From positions 124,001 to 188,000 of the forward strand of contig FLMG01000368.1 in the NCBI GenBank assembly GCA_900088475.1: DNA of 64,000 bases, written 5' to 3'. The position numbers were made by a program, and so were the translations under genes. How positions within the stretch are numbered: the first letter of the stretch is position 1; every line of letters starts with the position of its first letter. This document shows positions 26,101 to 38,100 of this stretch, one piece after another. The notes beneath the pieces are model-generated. The model was not told the origin of the DNA. It saw nothing but the letters and a program-made list of their open reading frames with translations, and did no database searches. The stretch is from Hyphochytrium catenoides. Taxonomy: Eukaryota; Protista; Hyphochytriomycota.

Positions 26101-29100
26101 CCGACATGGTAGCTAGTTCCTGACAATGCGATTGTGAGGTCAGAGAGAGCCCCAAGCTCTACCTTGTTGCCATGAGTACCCTTTACTATTTCAAAAACCA
26201 TCATTTGTGGGGCTCGTTGGCTGGCTTCGGATGACTGCAGCCCGCTCACATCAACCGCCAAGAGTTCAAGATCACCACCCATGGTGGGGTGGTCGAAAAG
26301 AATTGAGAAAATGTAGGTCATCACGGGAAAGTCGTACTGGCCGTGTGTGCTATTGTCTAATCCGATGACGTCTCTGGTCACTTCTACGGAAGGGATACTT
26401 GGTAGTTGGCTCATATAATTGCTGACTTCGATGGCGTCGCTATCAAATGGGATTGGCGAAGTCCAGAAGCCATTATAGCCAATGAGAAATGTACCCCAGA
26501 ATGGAGCTATACCTTTTACAGTAGACTCTGCATGATGCGCAAAGGTCAGGCTGGATAGAGGGCTAGTACTGCTGAAGCTTAACTCTGGCAACGGCCCTGT
26601 ATGAGCATTGAAGGTAACGAAAATCGAGGGGGGCGTGGGAGAGGAGCTGCATATACTAGCAGCTCCCGGCGGGTCAGAGCTTACGCTGACGTCGCCAACA
26701 CTCTCACTGGCGGATAATGCAGCCTCAAATTCAGCAAGAGTCGCCTGACTACTTATGGGAGATAATGTTGATGAGCCTCTGAAGAGAACGTTGAACTGTT
26801 CGGTTCCTAGAGAAGTGGAGTCGAGACATGTGAACACCTGTACTTCTTTCCGAAATGAGGTTTGGCCCCTAACCTCTTCGCTGATCACCACCTGTTTGGT
26901 ATCACGGACAGAATCCTTAGGCCATGGGAGAGGTTACTATCTACGAACATGAAGGTGAGTCTTACCCCTCCGGTTCCTGCCATGAGAGGCAAGTCTCCTT
27001 CCTCAACTATGAAGCTTACTAAGTAACTCTTGCCGGCGGCGAGAACGGTAGTTCCATCAACTGAGCTGACGGTAACTCCACTTGGAGAAATGGTAGGAAG
27101 ACCGGTCAAGGCCGCCACCAGGCTAGTTAAGGGGTCATTTACAGGGATCGCAGCTGTCTGGAAGCCTCGAAACGAAAGGGTAAAAGCAGAGGTGAGCGAC
27201 GGAGGAATGAAGACCCTCTGGACTTCTGGAATAGTTGGAACTATTCGGGCTTGGCTAACGATAGCCTGCTGTTCAAATCTGGGAGAAGAGAGAACTTTAG
27301 TATTCTCTTCGAGCCAGCAAGACTTGGTACTAACTCACCGTCTGGGGTCTCGAGTTTGAACATGGAGTATGGAAGGCTGTCCTGCGGTGCCATTAACGAG
27401 ACCTATTCCGAAAGCTGTGGAAGATGACGGATCAACAGCACCTTCTATCACAGAAACTACAAAAGGGCTGCCTTTGATTGGAACACCATCAGAAGTGATA
27501 TTCAACTTGTAGACTCCAGATTTCCAGGCTACGTAAGAGACAGGATAATCTCCCCCAGCTGCGAGAGTAGTGACAGTGATTCGATCGGTGCTAGATGAAG
27601 TAGCTGCATTTTCGACCGCCAACCGTGCCTGCCTCCATTTCTGGAATCCCCCTAAGAAGGTCACGTGATACTCATGTCGCCCGCCTCCGGCTTTTGTGTC
27701 TCGCACCTCGATTCCATACCGATAGTTATACATCATCTCCAGAGCCATTTGCAATCCTACGGGGCTGATGGACGAAGGAAGCTCTTGGGTAAAGACGCCT
27801 GGGCCTGAGGAGGACATAAAGGCCGGGTAGAAGGTAGCCGGTAATGTAGTGCAGCCATGTCCCAAGTTGACCGGTATCGTAGTAGCGGTCATAAGTCCTG
27901 CACCGACAGTCAACACACATTGATTCACCGCCAGTTTGCTTCCAGCACTGAGATAGGGAGAAATATCCTCGACAGTAGAGATTTCTGTGGCCGATATGGC
28001 GGTCACACAGCTGTCGCATAATTTCCTATCTAGGCTGCCCCAAGTAAGACGGAAGTACTTGTTCGCGCTGGGATCTGGGATATTAACGATCTGTGTAACG
28101 GATGAAGTCACTTCTTGGTAACCATCAGGTCCACTTAGAACCACCAAGAACGTGTCATCATCACCTGCTCCATAACCTTTGAAGTGAGCCGTCGAAGCAC
28201 CCGTCCTAGGATTTCCCATCTCATCTCGGGCGTGAAGGAGAAAGGAAGTGTGAACGCCCGATATTGCATATGATAGTGCCTTGGAGTCTGCATCGCTTGC
28301 CAAAGTCGAAGGAGGATGAAGATGACCATGTACCACTGTCAATAAGGGCAGGTTATCTAGCGATAGGCAATTTGAGGTATCTCCATCAAGGCAATGCAGA
28401 ATAGGGAGCCCTTCAAGAGTGGTTTTGACTCTGTATAAACCGGCGACCAGAGCTGTGTATGTGAGGCTGTAAGTGCCATTGTAATGGTCAACCACCCTAC
28501 CCGTATAAACGATGTCCGTATCCTGTCCGTCACTCTGAAGAATCAATTGCATCAAGAATTTGTCCCCTCCTGTTACCACCTTATTTCCAAAAGCATCCTT
28601 TGCCTGGATGTGCATATGACCGACCTCACCAGCGACGGCCTCCAACAGGTAATCCATGCCAGTAGAAGACCAGCTAACCACTGTAGACGTATGCCTAGCC
28701 GCCTCGCCAGGTGAAACCTGCAACGAAAAGGGGCTGCACTTTCTCGCAGCTCCTAATCCACAATAGATGGGTGTTCCTATGTACCCTCTCTCTCCGGTCT
28801 GGCCCATGTTGATGTGCACCGAGTAGTTGCCTGCTTCTGTCACCATGTATTGGACCTCGTACAAGCCTAAGCCAATATAAGAGGCATCTAGTTGAACAAT
28901 CCTCCTCTGATGGCTGGCATCCATGATGTTAATCTGCATTATCGTATGAAGAAGTTAGCAAGCGAAGGAAGGGCATTGACACAAGACAAAGGAGAAGGTA
29001 GTGACACACAACAGAATGATGATGAAAAGAGAAGATCGCTTCGTGTAGAGACGAGTGCGATCACAAGATCCAAGTAGTAGCTTACGGAGAAGGTGTCTCC

Positions 29101-32100
29101 ACCGGTCATCTTCGTGTTGTTGTTCTGATCTTTTGCCTGGATGTAGAAGGAGGCCGTTACTCCAGCCGTTGCACTTCTTAGGCCTTGACCAAAGGCTGTG
29201 GTGTAAGGGTAGTCTGCGGCACCAGGCACCACTTGTATAGTGAACGGGCTTCCCACAACGTGATCAGCATAAAGGAGGTTAGAAGAAGGGATAATTGTTC
29301 TCGACAGGCTATGGCTGCTCCATTCGAGCCGCACAGCGGATGGGCCTTTCTCAGCAACATAGTCAAGTCTAAAATGGTGGTAACGCCCTTTCGTAAGCAC
29401 CACTCGAGCGTGCTGGATGACGCCAGAGCTTTGACTATCAGCATCTATAATCACTTGATGATCAACCCACACCTTTATAGTATCTCTTGCATACACGAAA
29501 ATACTATGTAGCTCCGAAGCACGTCCCAGCAGCTTTCCTTGCCATCTCACGCTTGTATAGTCAGAAAAGGTAGGAGAGATTAAGCCTTCAGACCAGGTGA
29601 AAGCAATCTCTCTATCAATGCGCTCTAGAGCTGGTTGACCTGAACGAGCGCGGAAGAAAATCAGACATGACCTACTACTTGTCCGCCAGAAGCTTGGCCG
29701 GTTCGTCAGGAGCTACACAAACCTTGGAACCAAGGATTGTCAAAATATTCTGCTCTAAGTCCACCCCTTCGTAGCTGCTGGATCGCCAGAGAGTAGTTTC
29801 CGACGGCGCCAGGAATGTAATTTGCTTGATAGGTTGGTAGGCCGGAGATTTTCTTTCTCACCTAAGGAGAGGGAAGCAGATACACTGCTGTGAATCCTCT
29901 TACCCAAACAGAAACCGAAGCTGTAATTATGGATAAGGCTCGAACCTGCAACGTGGGGGAGCTTCCAGAAAGAGATTTCCGAGAACCCTGCTGCAGTTTG
30001 CGAATGCGAACTAACGGGTTAGACCCGACCAAGGCAGAGGCGTCTGACCCCATCAGACTGAGATCTCCCACTTCGGATTTGAAGGTTACGGTCCACTGGT
30101 ACTCCTGCCCAGGGCTTATTGGGCCCGAACGATTGACCTCAACCTCGCCAACAGAATATAAAGCCTCTAATGCAGACGTCATCTCTTTAGCGGAGGCATC
30201 ATGCGGTAGTGGGCTTGTACTCGCTCCTCCAAAGTCAAGAGTGAAAAATCCTTTCAAAGGAGTCGGTGAACCTCCCAAAGTCTCAATTAGCTGGATATCG
30301 TAGCGATAGGGGTGAGCTCCCAGCAATGGCAGAGAACCTAGCGTGCTCAGAAAGGTAATCGTCCACCTATGCCCTGTGTCTAGGACCTCACGGGTGACAT
30401 CGAGCTGACCCACATCAGTCAAACTTTATTTAGTACAGTGAGCGGGGAGAAGAGATCAGATTAAGGTTGTCTTCACCTGGCCTTTTAAACCGGCTTACCT
30501 CTCAAGGGCTGTCTTTAGCCCAGCTGCGGAAATGTCGAAAGGAAGATTCCCCGTATTCGCAGATCCGAAGGACACTACGAATGACCCTTGTATTGGAGAA
30601 TAACCCTTGTGATATAGTGCCTTAGTAACCTTCAATCCATTTCTAGCTAGCAGAGATTGCATGCCTACCTTCACTGCCTCGTCGACGGTCACGCGGCCAC
30701 CAATGCCAGTGAGGAAGTTTGTTGCTCTTACTTCGAGCAGAGGAACATCACCTACGGGATCCCTGAAGGTAACACTCCAGGACCCTGCGTTGTCTGCACC
30801 TTGGACAGAATTCCTCACCGTTACAGAACCGATATTGGGGAGAGTCTCTAACTTGGCTTTGACATTGCTTGGGGTGTCCAAGACATCTAGAGTCACAACG
30901 ATCCCAGCACCAGCCAGTGTAATGTCGAAGGATCCGGTCAGAGTTCCCGAGTCTACCGCCCTGGTAATAACCTGCACCTCAGCAGTGAAAGGCTGTTGGG
31001 CATACGTTTGGAGGGTTTGGACTTCCGTCACTCCTGTCTGCTGCTTGATAAAACTTTGGCTTGGAATAGAGGAGTCGACATTTCTCAAGGAAAGGAGGGG
31101 CAGATCCCCATACCGTTCTAAGAACGTTACTTGGTACACTGACCTTATCGCATCTACAGACCTGCTTACCAATACCCTTCCGATGTTATCTACTGTCTCC
31201 AGCACCGTCTGCACAGCAAGAGCTGCCGAATGATCTGATAGAAGTTCTAGCTGAGCTGCATCTAGAAGACCTGTTGCACTGTTAACAGCTCCTGAGATCC
31301 AAGACGTAGTGTCCCAATTGAAACTAAATCGGCCAGTGCTCCCAATCGGCAAGGATATGGCCTGCACATCATAAACAAGACCATTATATGTAGCCACGCC
31401 GGCATCCATCGCCCAAGCATCAGAGAAATTGCTAAACATTCCAGTGGAAGTCCTCCAGAGCTCAGTAAAAAAGATATCCGTCCCCGCTGTCCCTGCGTGT
31501 TAGAAGTTTGTCCCAATTAGTTAGAGGCTTGTCCGCATCGACCGACGAGTACTTACCAGTTACAGAGTCGACATCAGTCACGACTCTTCCGTCTGCCTTC
31601 CTTGGCTCAATAATAATTTTGTTAACATCTCCTTTGATGTGCTCCGTAATCTTGACCATAGAGGGATCATCAGTACCAGTGAATCCCTCTGCTTGAAGCA
31701 GTGGTACGTCCCCCTTCCTTGAGAGAAACGTAATTAGCCATCTGATGGCTGTCCCTGGTATGAGACTATCATCGCGGGTGATATGCACACTGCCAATACC
31801 GGTGCCAGAAGCCATGAGGGCTTCCTCAAGTTGGGCGGTCGAGAAGGTAGATTGCACTCGGGCAGGACCATTATCAACCCCAGGGATCCTCAAGAAGAAT
31901 TCATTGCTAAGGGATGGTGAGATAGTCACGAGCTGCACCTCATTGACCACTCCAGCTATTCCTTCTACCAATGCGCTGCCACGCACTGTTGTTTTGTCGG
32001 CACTAGCCCCAGATCTGGTGTCAATGACTGCTGATGGAGGGGATACGGAGGAGCCGACCGCATTCAAGGCAACAAGCTTAAAAGCGTACAACGCGCCTTG

Positions 32101-35100
32101 CCGGAGTCTATTCACAGCAAACTCAGTGACCTGGGGCTGGTCTCTGCCATCAAAGACCAATTCCGCCACAGTCCCGCGTTGGATGGAGGTAATCCCTATC
32201 TGAGCTCCGGTACCAGCAAGCCTTCCGCTAGTGACGGACATCAGCGGCAAGTCGCCAATATCCGTAAGAAATGTGATATCCCACGACCGCTGACCGTAGG
32301 AGTAAACCTCTTCAGCCACGGAAAGCCGGCCTATAGACGGCAGGTTCTCTAGCATTCGCTTTAAAGTGTTTGCGCCTACGTCAAACGGGATGGACGAAGT
32401 CTCATGACCTCGAAAGGAGACCGTAAAGTCGCCGCTTAACGGAACTATACCAAGCACCGGCGACGTCACAGACACCGCCGCCTTCTCGGTAGGGCTAAGG
32501 TCAGCCAGTAGGCTAGAGAGGACAACTATTTGGGGAATCCGACTATCAGCCGCATTGAAGGTGATGGTCCACATGTAGAGATTTGGTCCATTTGGTCCTG
32601 ATGTGACCGTAACATCAAGATAGTTAGTGAAGGCGTTCAACTCAACCGCCACCTCAGCAGCGGAGGCCGTCACTGGAAGAAGTCCTGTCTGCTCTTCGCC
32701 AATCCGCAGCCTAAAGCTCCCTGTAGCCTTCTCAATGCGAACTATCTGGACTTCCTCAACAGGCGAGTCCACCATTGTTGTTATGCGTTGGACACTCTGC
32801 TTTACTGGGGTGGGATCCGCCAGAGTCGGGAATGATATTCCACCAAACATCCACAGTTGGTACCCGGTGATCGGAGATCCGTTGCATGAGGCGGTGGGCC
32901 CTACACATGGGCTGTCCCAGGAAACTGTGATGGACGACTGCGACACATCCTTTGGCTCTGGAGCTGCTGGAGGATAGGGGTCGTCCGCCAGCAAAACTGT
33001 CAAAGGAGGACTCTGCGAAGATCTACCTTCCACATTTGAGGCTGCGACATGAAAAGTGTAGTAGCTTCCTGGACTGAGGGCCATATTGCTTGATACGCCT
33101 ACACCCCCAACAGCAGCAGAAGTAAAACGCCAGGATCTAAGGTCCGCAGGTATGCTGGATACCACTTGCAGCACTGCTCCTGTTGCATCTTCACACACCA
33201 ACTCAAAACTGTTTATAACGGCTCCCCCATTGTCTGCTGGAGCCTCCCAAGTTACAACGATATCGAGCAGAGATAGACCTGATATGACACGGGTAGTCGA
33301 ATCCCGTTTTGGTCTAGGCGGAGCAGCAGGAGGTCCAGGTGCTCGAGGGACGTAGGCTGCTTCCGGACTGAACGCCCCATGACAGAGTGCTGTTGGGTCT
33401 GCGGATTGGCAATAGCTAGTTGCACGAACCTGCCATTAAGGTAGGCAAAAATATCGTTTAGCGCTTGGCTTGCAAGTTCAGCACCAAAGCCCGGTCTCTC
33501 ACCTTAAATCTGTAGACTCGATTACTCTCGAGCCCTTCTACTAGTGCGGTAGCTCTGTAACTTAAGCTTGAAGGGTCTCCCGAGCCATCATATATAATAT
33601 TATAGTCTCCTCCTGCCCATCTTTCCATGAACACCTGGTAGCCACTGATAGAGCTGCCCCCATTTACAGTTGGCGGTTCCCATTGAATCTCAATAAACGT
33701 TGGACCAGACGTTTTGAGAATGGGCAACCTTAAAGGACCCGGAGGTTTGTTTGAAGGTATCACGGGGTCTGGCGACGCCAATCTTCTCCTTCCATAGTTG
33801 ACTGCATTGTGCGCAAAGGTCCGAACGTAAAGAGGTTTACCTGGGGTAAGTCCACTTATTGAGCTCTCAAAAGGAGGTCCATTTGACAAGTCAGTATGCA
33901 AGACCCTCAAAGGAACCGAACTTCCTTCAACTATTTTGGTAACATCAATGCCTGGGGTTGATCCAGACCAACCGCCTCGAAGGAGAAGGTTCATCGGCAC
34001 CAAGTCATTCAATGAGCCCTCGTTACATACGTCGGTCCCCAGCGGCGTCCTTCGGCAACCAAGGAACGTGACCCTCCAAGTAAAACCATTTGTTAAGACC
34101 AATCTCTCGACTTCCACTCCACCTATGTTATCCATTTCTAGCAAAGCATGTTCGAAGTCCTTTGCCGAGGCATCATGTTGTATGGTGGGGGAAAGAAATG
34201 TCCTTGCGCCATCATTGTATTGCAATTGAAAGGTTCCTCCCAGCGGATCTGATCCGACTACAATGACCCCCACAGTCGTATGGACTCCTGCTCCGGTCAA
34301 GCGGCTTTCATCGCAGATAAGTGTTGAGACTTGTCCTAACACATACGGTATGAACGGGGTTAGCAAAGTGAGATACTCTATGGCCTCAACTGGGCCGTAG
34401 CGGCCCGAAGTATCCGTTATCATACCTGAACCAGGCGGAAAGCTCCCTGGCTGAGAAACAAAGGTGATGGTCCACGAGAACTCTCCTCGCGGAGAAGGAG
34501 GACTGCGAGTTACTTCGACTGTCCCAACATTTGGTAGACGTTGCAGATATGCTTTAACCAGAGTGTCTTCCGCGTTGTAGGGTAGCCATTCAGTAGTATG
34601 GCCTGCCATTATCAGACGAAAGAACCCTCCTAGGTGATTGCCCCTTATGGAGGCTGCTGTTCCAACCGCTTCTCCATCGGTCTTCACGAAAACGTTTACT
34701 CCGTTGCCAGTCAGAAGGTTCCTTGAAGTCGGAGTTGTTATCGCCGCGAAAGCGCCAGCTTCGTTAAAGAGAACTTGCCAGAGCTAGGTCACCGTGCAGC
34801 ATTTCCATGAAGACACCAGTTGCGAGTGATGTGAGCTAAGATTATACATATGTCGATTACAGCGACTTACCCTTTGCCCGGAAGCTTGCTCAACGCTACC
34901 TAAATTGGTGCTGGTGAGCTCTGTGACTGTTACTCCTCCAGCAGCAGTAATTGTAGGTAGTGCGTTGATACCGGTCTGGAGAATTGATGTCGTGACATTT
35001 GAAGGGAAAAAGAGTCCTGTCATCGCGCCAAGAAAGCTCAGGCTGAAGCTGCCGCCAGGAGGAGCTTGACCCTTTAAGGTCTCTGTGATCTAGACCATAT

Positions 35101-38100
35101 TAAGGACACTGTAAGCTAAGGAAGTATTATTGAAGTGAGGTTTGCTTACATCTATCCTCCTATTTCCTTGCAAGTTGAAGACGTTGGCGGTCAGTAGTGG
35201 CATATCTCCAGCAATTCCGTCCACAGAGTTGAAGGTGACTTCAAAGCCCCCCACGCATCCCAAGGTAGAACAAGGGGAGCATGCCATTGTTGCGCCATTT
35301 ATGAACTGGATTGAAATGTCCCTCACTTTGGAGATGCTTTTGATCGCCTGGGCGATAACCGAAGTTTGACCCTCATCTGCTCTGATAGGCACAGAACTTT
35401 GTCCAGCAAAAGAAAGGGTGAACGTTCCGCCTGGAGTTCAGTAGCGCGTGTCGTCAATGGAAAAATGGGTCATCTCTGACCAGTGGTGACAATAACAAAC
35501 CTGTGGCGTCGCATTGAACTAGTTGAATTTCGGAAGTAGTTGGTGGCCCTGTGTAGCTTGACGAGATATGGAGTAGCTGGGTTTCTTGTGGTGAGGTACC
35601 CGCAAAAGTAGAGATCGTCTGGACGGCTGACCGCACAGGAGCGGTTAAAGTAACCGCCTGAATCTCGTCATTAAAGCTACAGTTGCAACAGCAAAGCAGA
35701 GATATAGCGGAGTGTATAAATAGAAAGGCAACACAAACTTCGCTATAAGAGCGCGGTACCTTGTTTGGCTGTATTCTATGGTGTAGGCATCGACGTTGCT
35801 CCCACCCGAATTAACTGGAGCATCTAGAAGAACTTTTACAGTGGTACCATCCTCTACGCTGAGTCGAACTTTTTCAACTACCCCTGGCGGAACTTAAGGA
35901 GAGACAACGGGCAGAATTAGAGATTAATTGCAGGCAACAAGGGCAGTCCGTTACTAGATACTTACGCCTCGATGGGGCAAGTGAGGGCGGTTTGCTGTAA
36001 GCTGGAGCACCAACTCCGAGCAGGTTTATGGCAGAGATACGGAAGAAGTAGGCGATTCCTTCACTGAGCCCACTAACAGTCATGGAAAGGTCGCTCAGGT
36101 CTGTTATCAGTGTGGTTCCTTCTGGTAGACCGAGTTCCCGATCTCTGGTGTTGAATGCCGGCATTACCCCCTTTACAGCTTCTGTGACACTTATCATTGG
36201 TGATGTCCCACTCATTGTTAGGAAGTCTGCTTCTATTAAGGGAAGGTCACCTAGAGCGGTGAGAAATGTTATAGTCCAGGAGTAGCCGTTGTTGAAGTCG
36301 GGCCCTGAGCGGACAATATTTACCGTTCCCGAGGTACCCAGTCGTTCTAGAGAGTTGCGTAGGTCTTCGGCAGCTATATTGTACGGCAAGTATTCCGTCC
36401 GTTGCCCTTGGTAAAACAGTGCAAACGACCCGCTAAGTGGTTGGGAGGTGCTTAGTTGCAGGACTGATGCAGTCACCGTATCTCCTGTGCCTAGGTCAGT
36501 CGAAGATACGCCAAAAGTGGCAGTACCTCCAGCGGCAACCTCTATGGCAGGAACAGAACCTGCATTAGTGTCAAAAGTGATGAACCAAGTGCAGGATGCA
36601 TCAGGCGAAGCATCGGAAGCGGTCACAGTTACTTGACGAATGTCCGCCAATGATTCCAATTCATACTTGATTTGATTGATGTTCCCATTTTGAATTGTGG
36701 ACATGGCAATGGTATCATCACCGACCGTCACAGAGGTGGAGGGTGTTACACCTCCGCCAAAGACTATCAGCTGTATCTGCGGCAGGTTTCCGTTGTTATT
36801 GTGGAAGGTGACTTGCCATGTGCAGGCCTGAGTAGGAATAGAAGGGGAACTGGAGACGGTAATTGCTCCCGTGACGGTTGGGAGATTTTTTAACTCACTC
36901 GCAATCTGAGCTGCAGTTGCGGAGCAGTTCCCTCGAAGCGGGTTTGCCTTTATGTCACCGGTCGTTCTCGTTTGGCCCTTTATATTGACCACCATGGCAA
37001 AGGTCAGGGACGACGACACCACATTATCTCCACCGAACAAAGTAGTGTCGACAGTTGAGGTCTGAATTTGCTGGATCTCTGGCCGCGATGGATTACAACT
37101 ACCATCCTCAGGATTTGCTAAGATGATTCCTGTCTCTTGATTGTTGAAGCGAAGCCTGAACGTCGTGCTAGAGTGAACCTGTGCCATTGAAGGGGCTGTT
37201 GTGATGGATTGTACTGCCTTTCGCGTGCCTTGGAATATCTCCTTGATAAAAACTGCCGCTGAGCTGGGGCCAAGGTTTTTCGACTCAGTGAGCGTCACCG
37301 AATCCACTAAAAGTTCAGGGATGTTCCCTTCTCTTTCAAGGAAAGAAATGGTCCATGTATAGCCTCTTTGTAGGTCTGGCCCAGTGCGTGCAACTTTGAT
37401 GTTACCGAGGGTGCTAATAACTTCCAGCGCTGTGGCGAAGGTTCGCTCATCGGCATCGAACGCGATCGGAGAGGACAGGCTGCCCTCCAAGCTGAGTGTA
37501 AATGTTCCACCGTTCAGTTCGTTACCTCTAACAACTGTTCCAACAGCTACTGTGGCCCCAACACCGGTCAAGGAGGCAGTGTTAGGGACCAACTCAGGCA
37601 AATCTCCTGCGTTTTGGTTCGAGGTGAAGGTGACCAACCATTCGTAACATCCTTGGTCATCAGGTCCACTGCGCAGGACGGTCACAGTGCCCACAGTAGC
37701 AAGCCCCTGTAGGTACAAATAACGATTAAAACGACAGCAAGCCAACGTAGGGATGAGTCAATTTTGTGTATTGACAGTATCCTCACCTCCAAAGCCCTTC
37801 TCATGTCATCCTCACTGGCGTCGTAGGAGATGCTTTCGGTATCTGCTCCGCTGAAGGAGAGAGTAAAGTATCCACCTAGTCTGTTACCTGGTTGAGGTAC
37901 CCCTATCTCCACCGTTGCCCCCACTCCGGTTAGAGATGAGCTACCCAGTTCAAGGGGTGGAACTAGCCCCAGGGCAGGTGAAAAGGTGATAGTGTAAGAT
38001 AGTCCGGTAGAGGGTGCCCCAGAGGCTGTGATGCCAACAATACCGGCCAAACCAATATTACTCATACTCTAGAGGAATATAGATAGATCAGTCTTTTAGG

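Larger units (their letters stand above)
20180..32000 (-). other. Central block of about 9 filamin/ABP280-type Ig repeats with inserted PA14 and other modules
   Basis: Repeated filamin-like motifs: TTAFGQGLRSATAGVTASFYIQAKD..N, STAFGIGLVNGTAG...QTRD, TTAYGDGLYSG...IQIKD.HGN, NGTYSLTY...AG.Y and PIKGSPF.V.V. Confidence 0.75.

Noticed and set aside
4067-37647. Many plus-strand ORFs of 100-190 aa (e.g. 4348-4911, 25543-26088, 30661-31233, 31745-32203)
   Set aside because: They are antisense shadows of the giant gene's exons, are S/T/P/V-rich and have no domain motifs.
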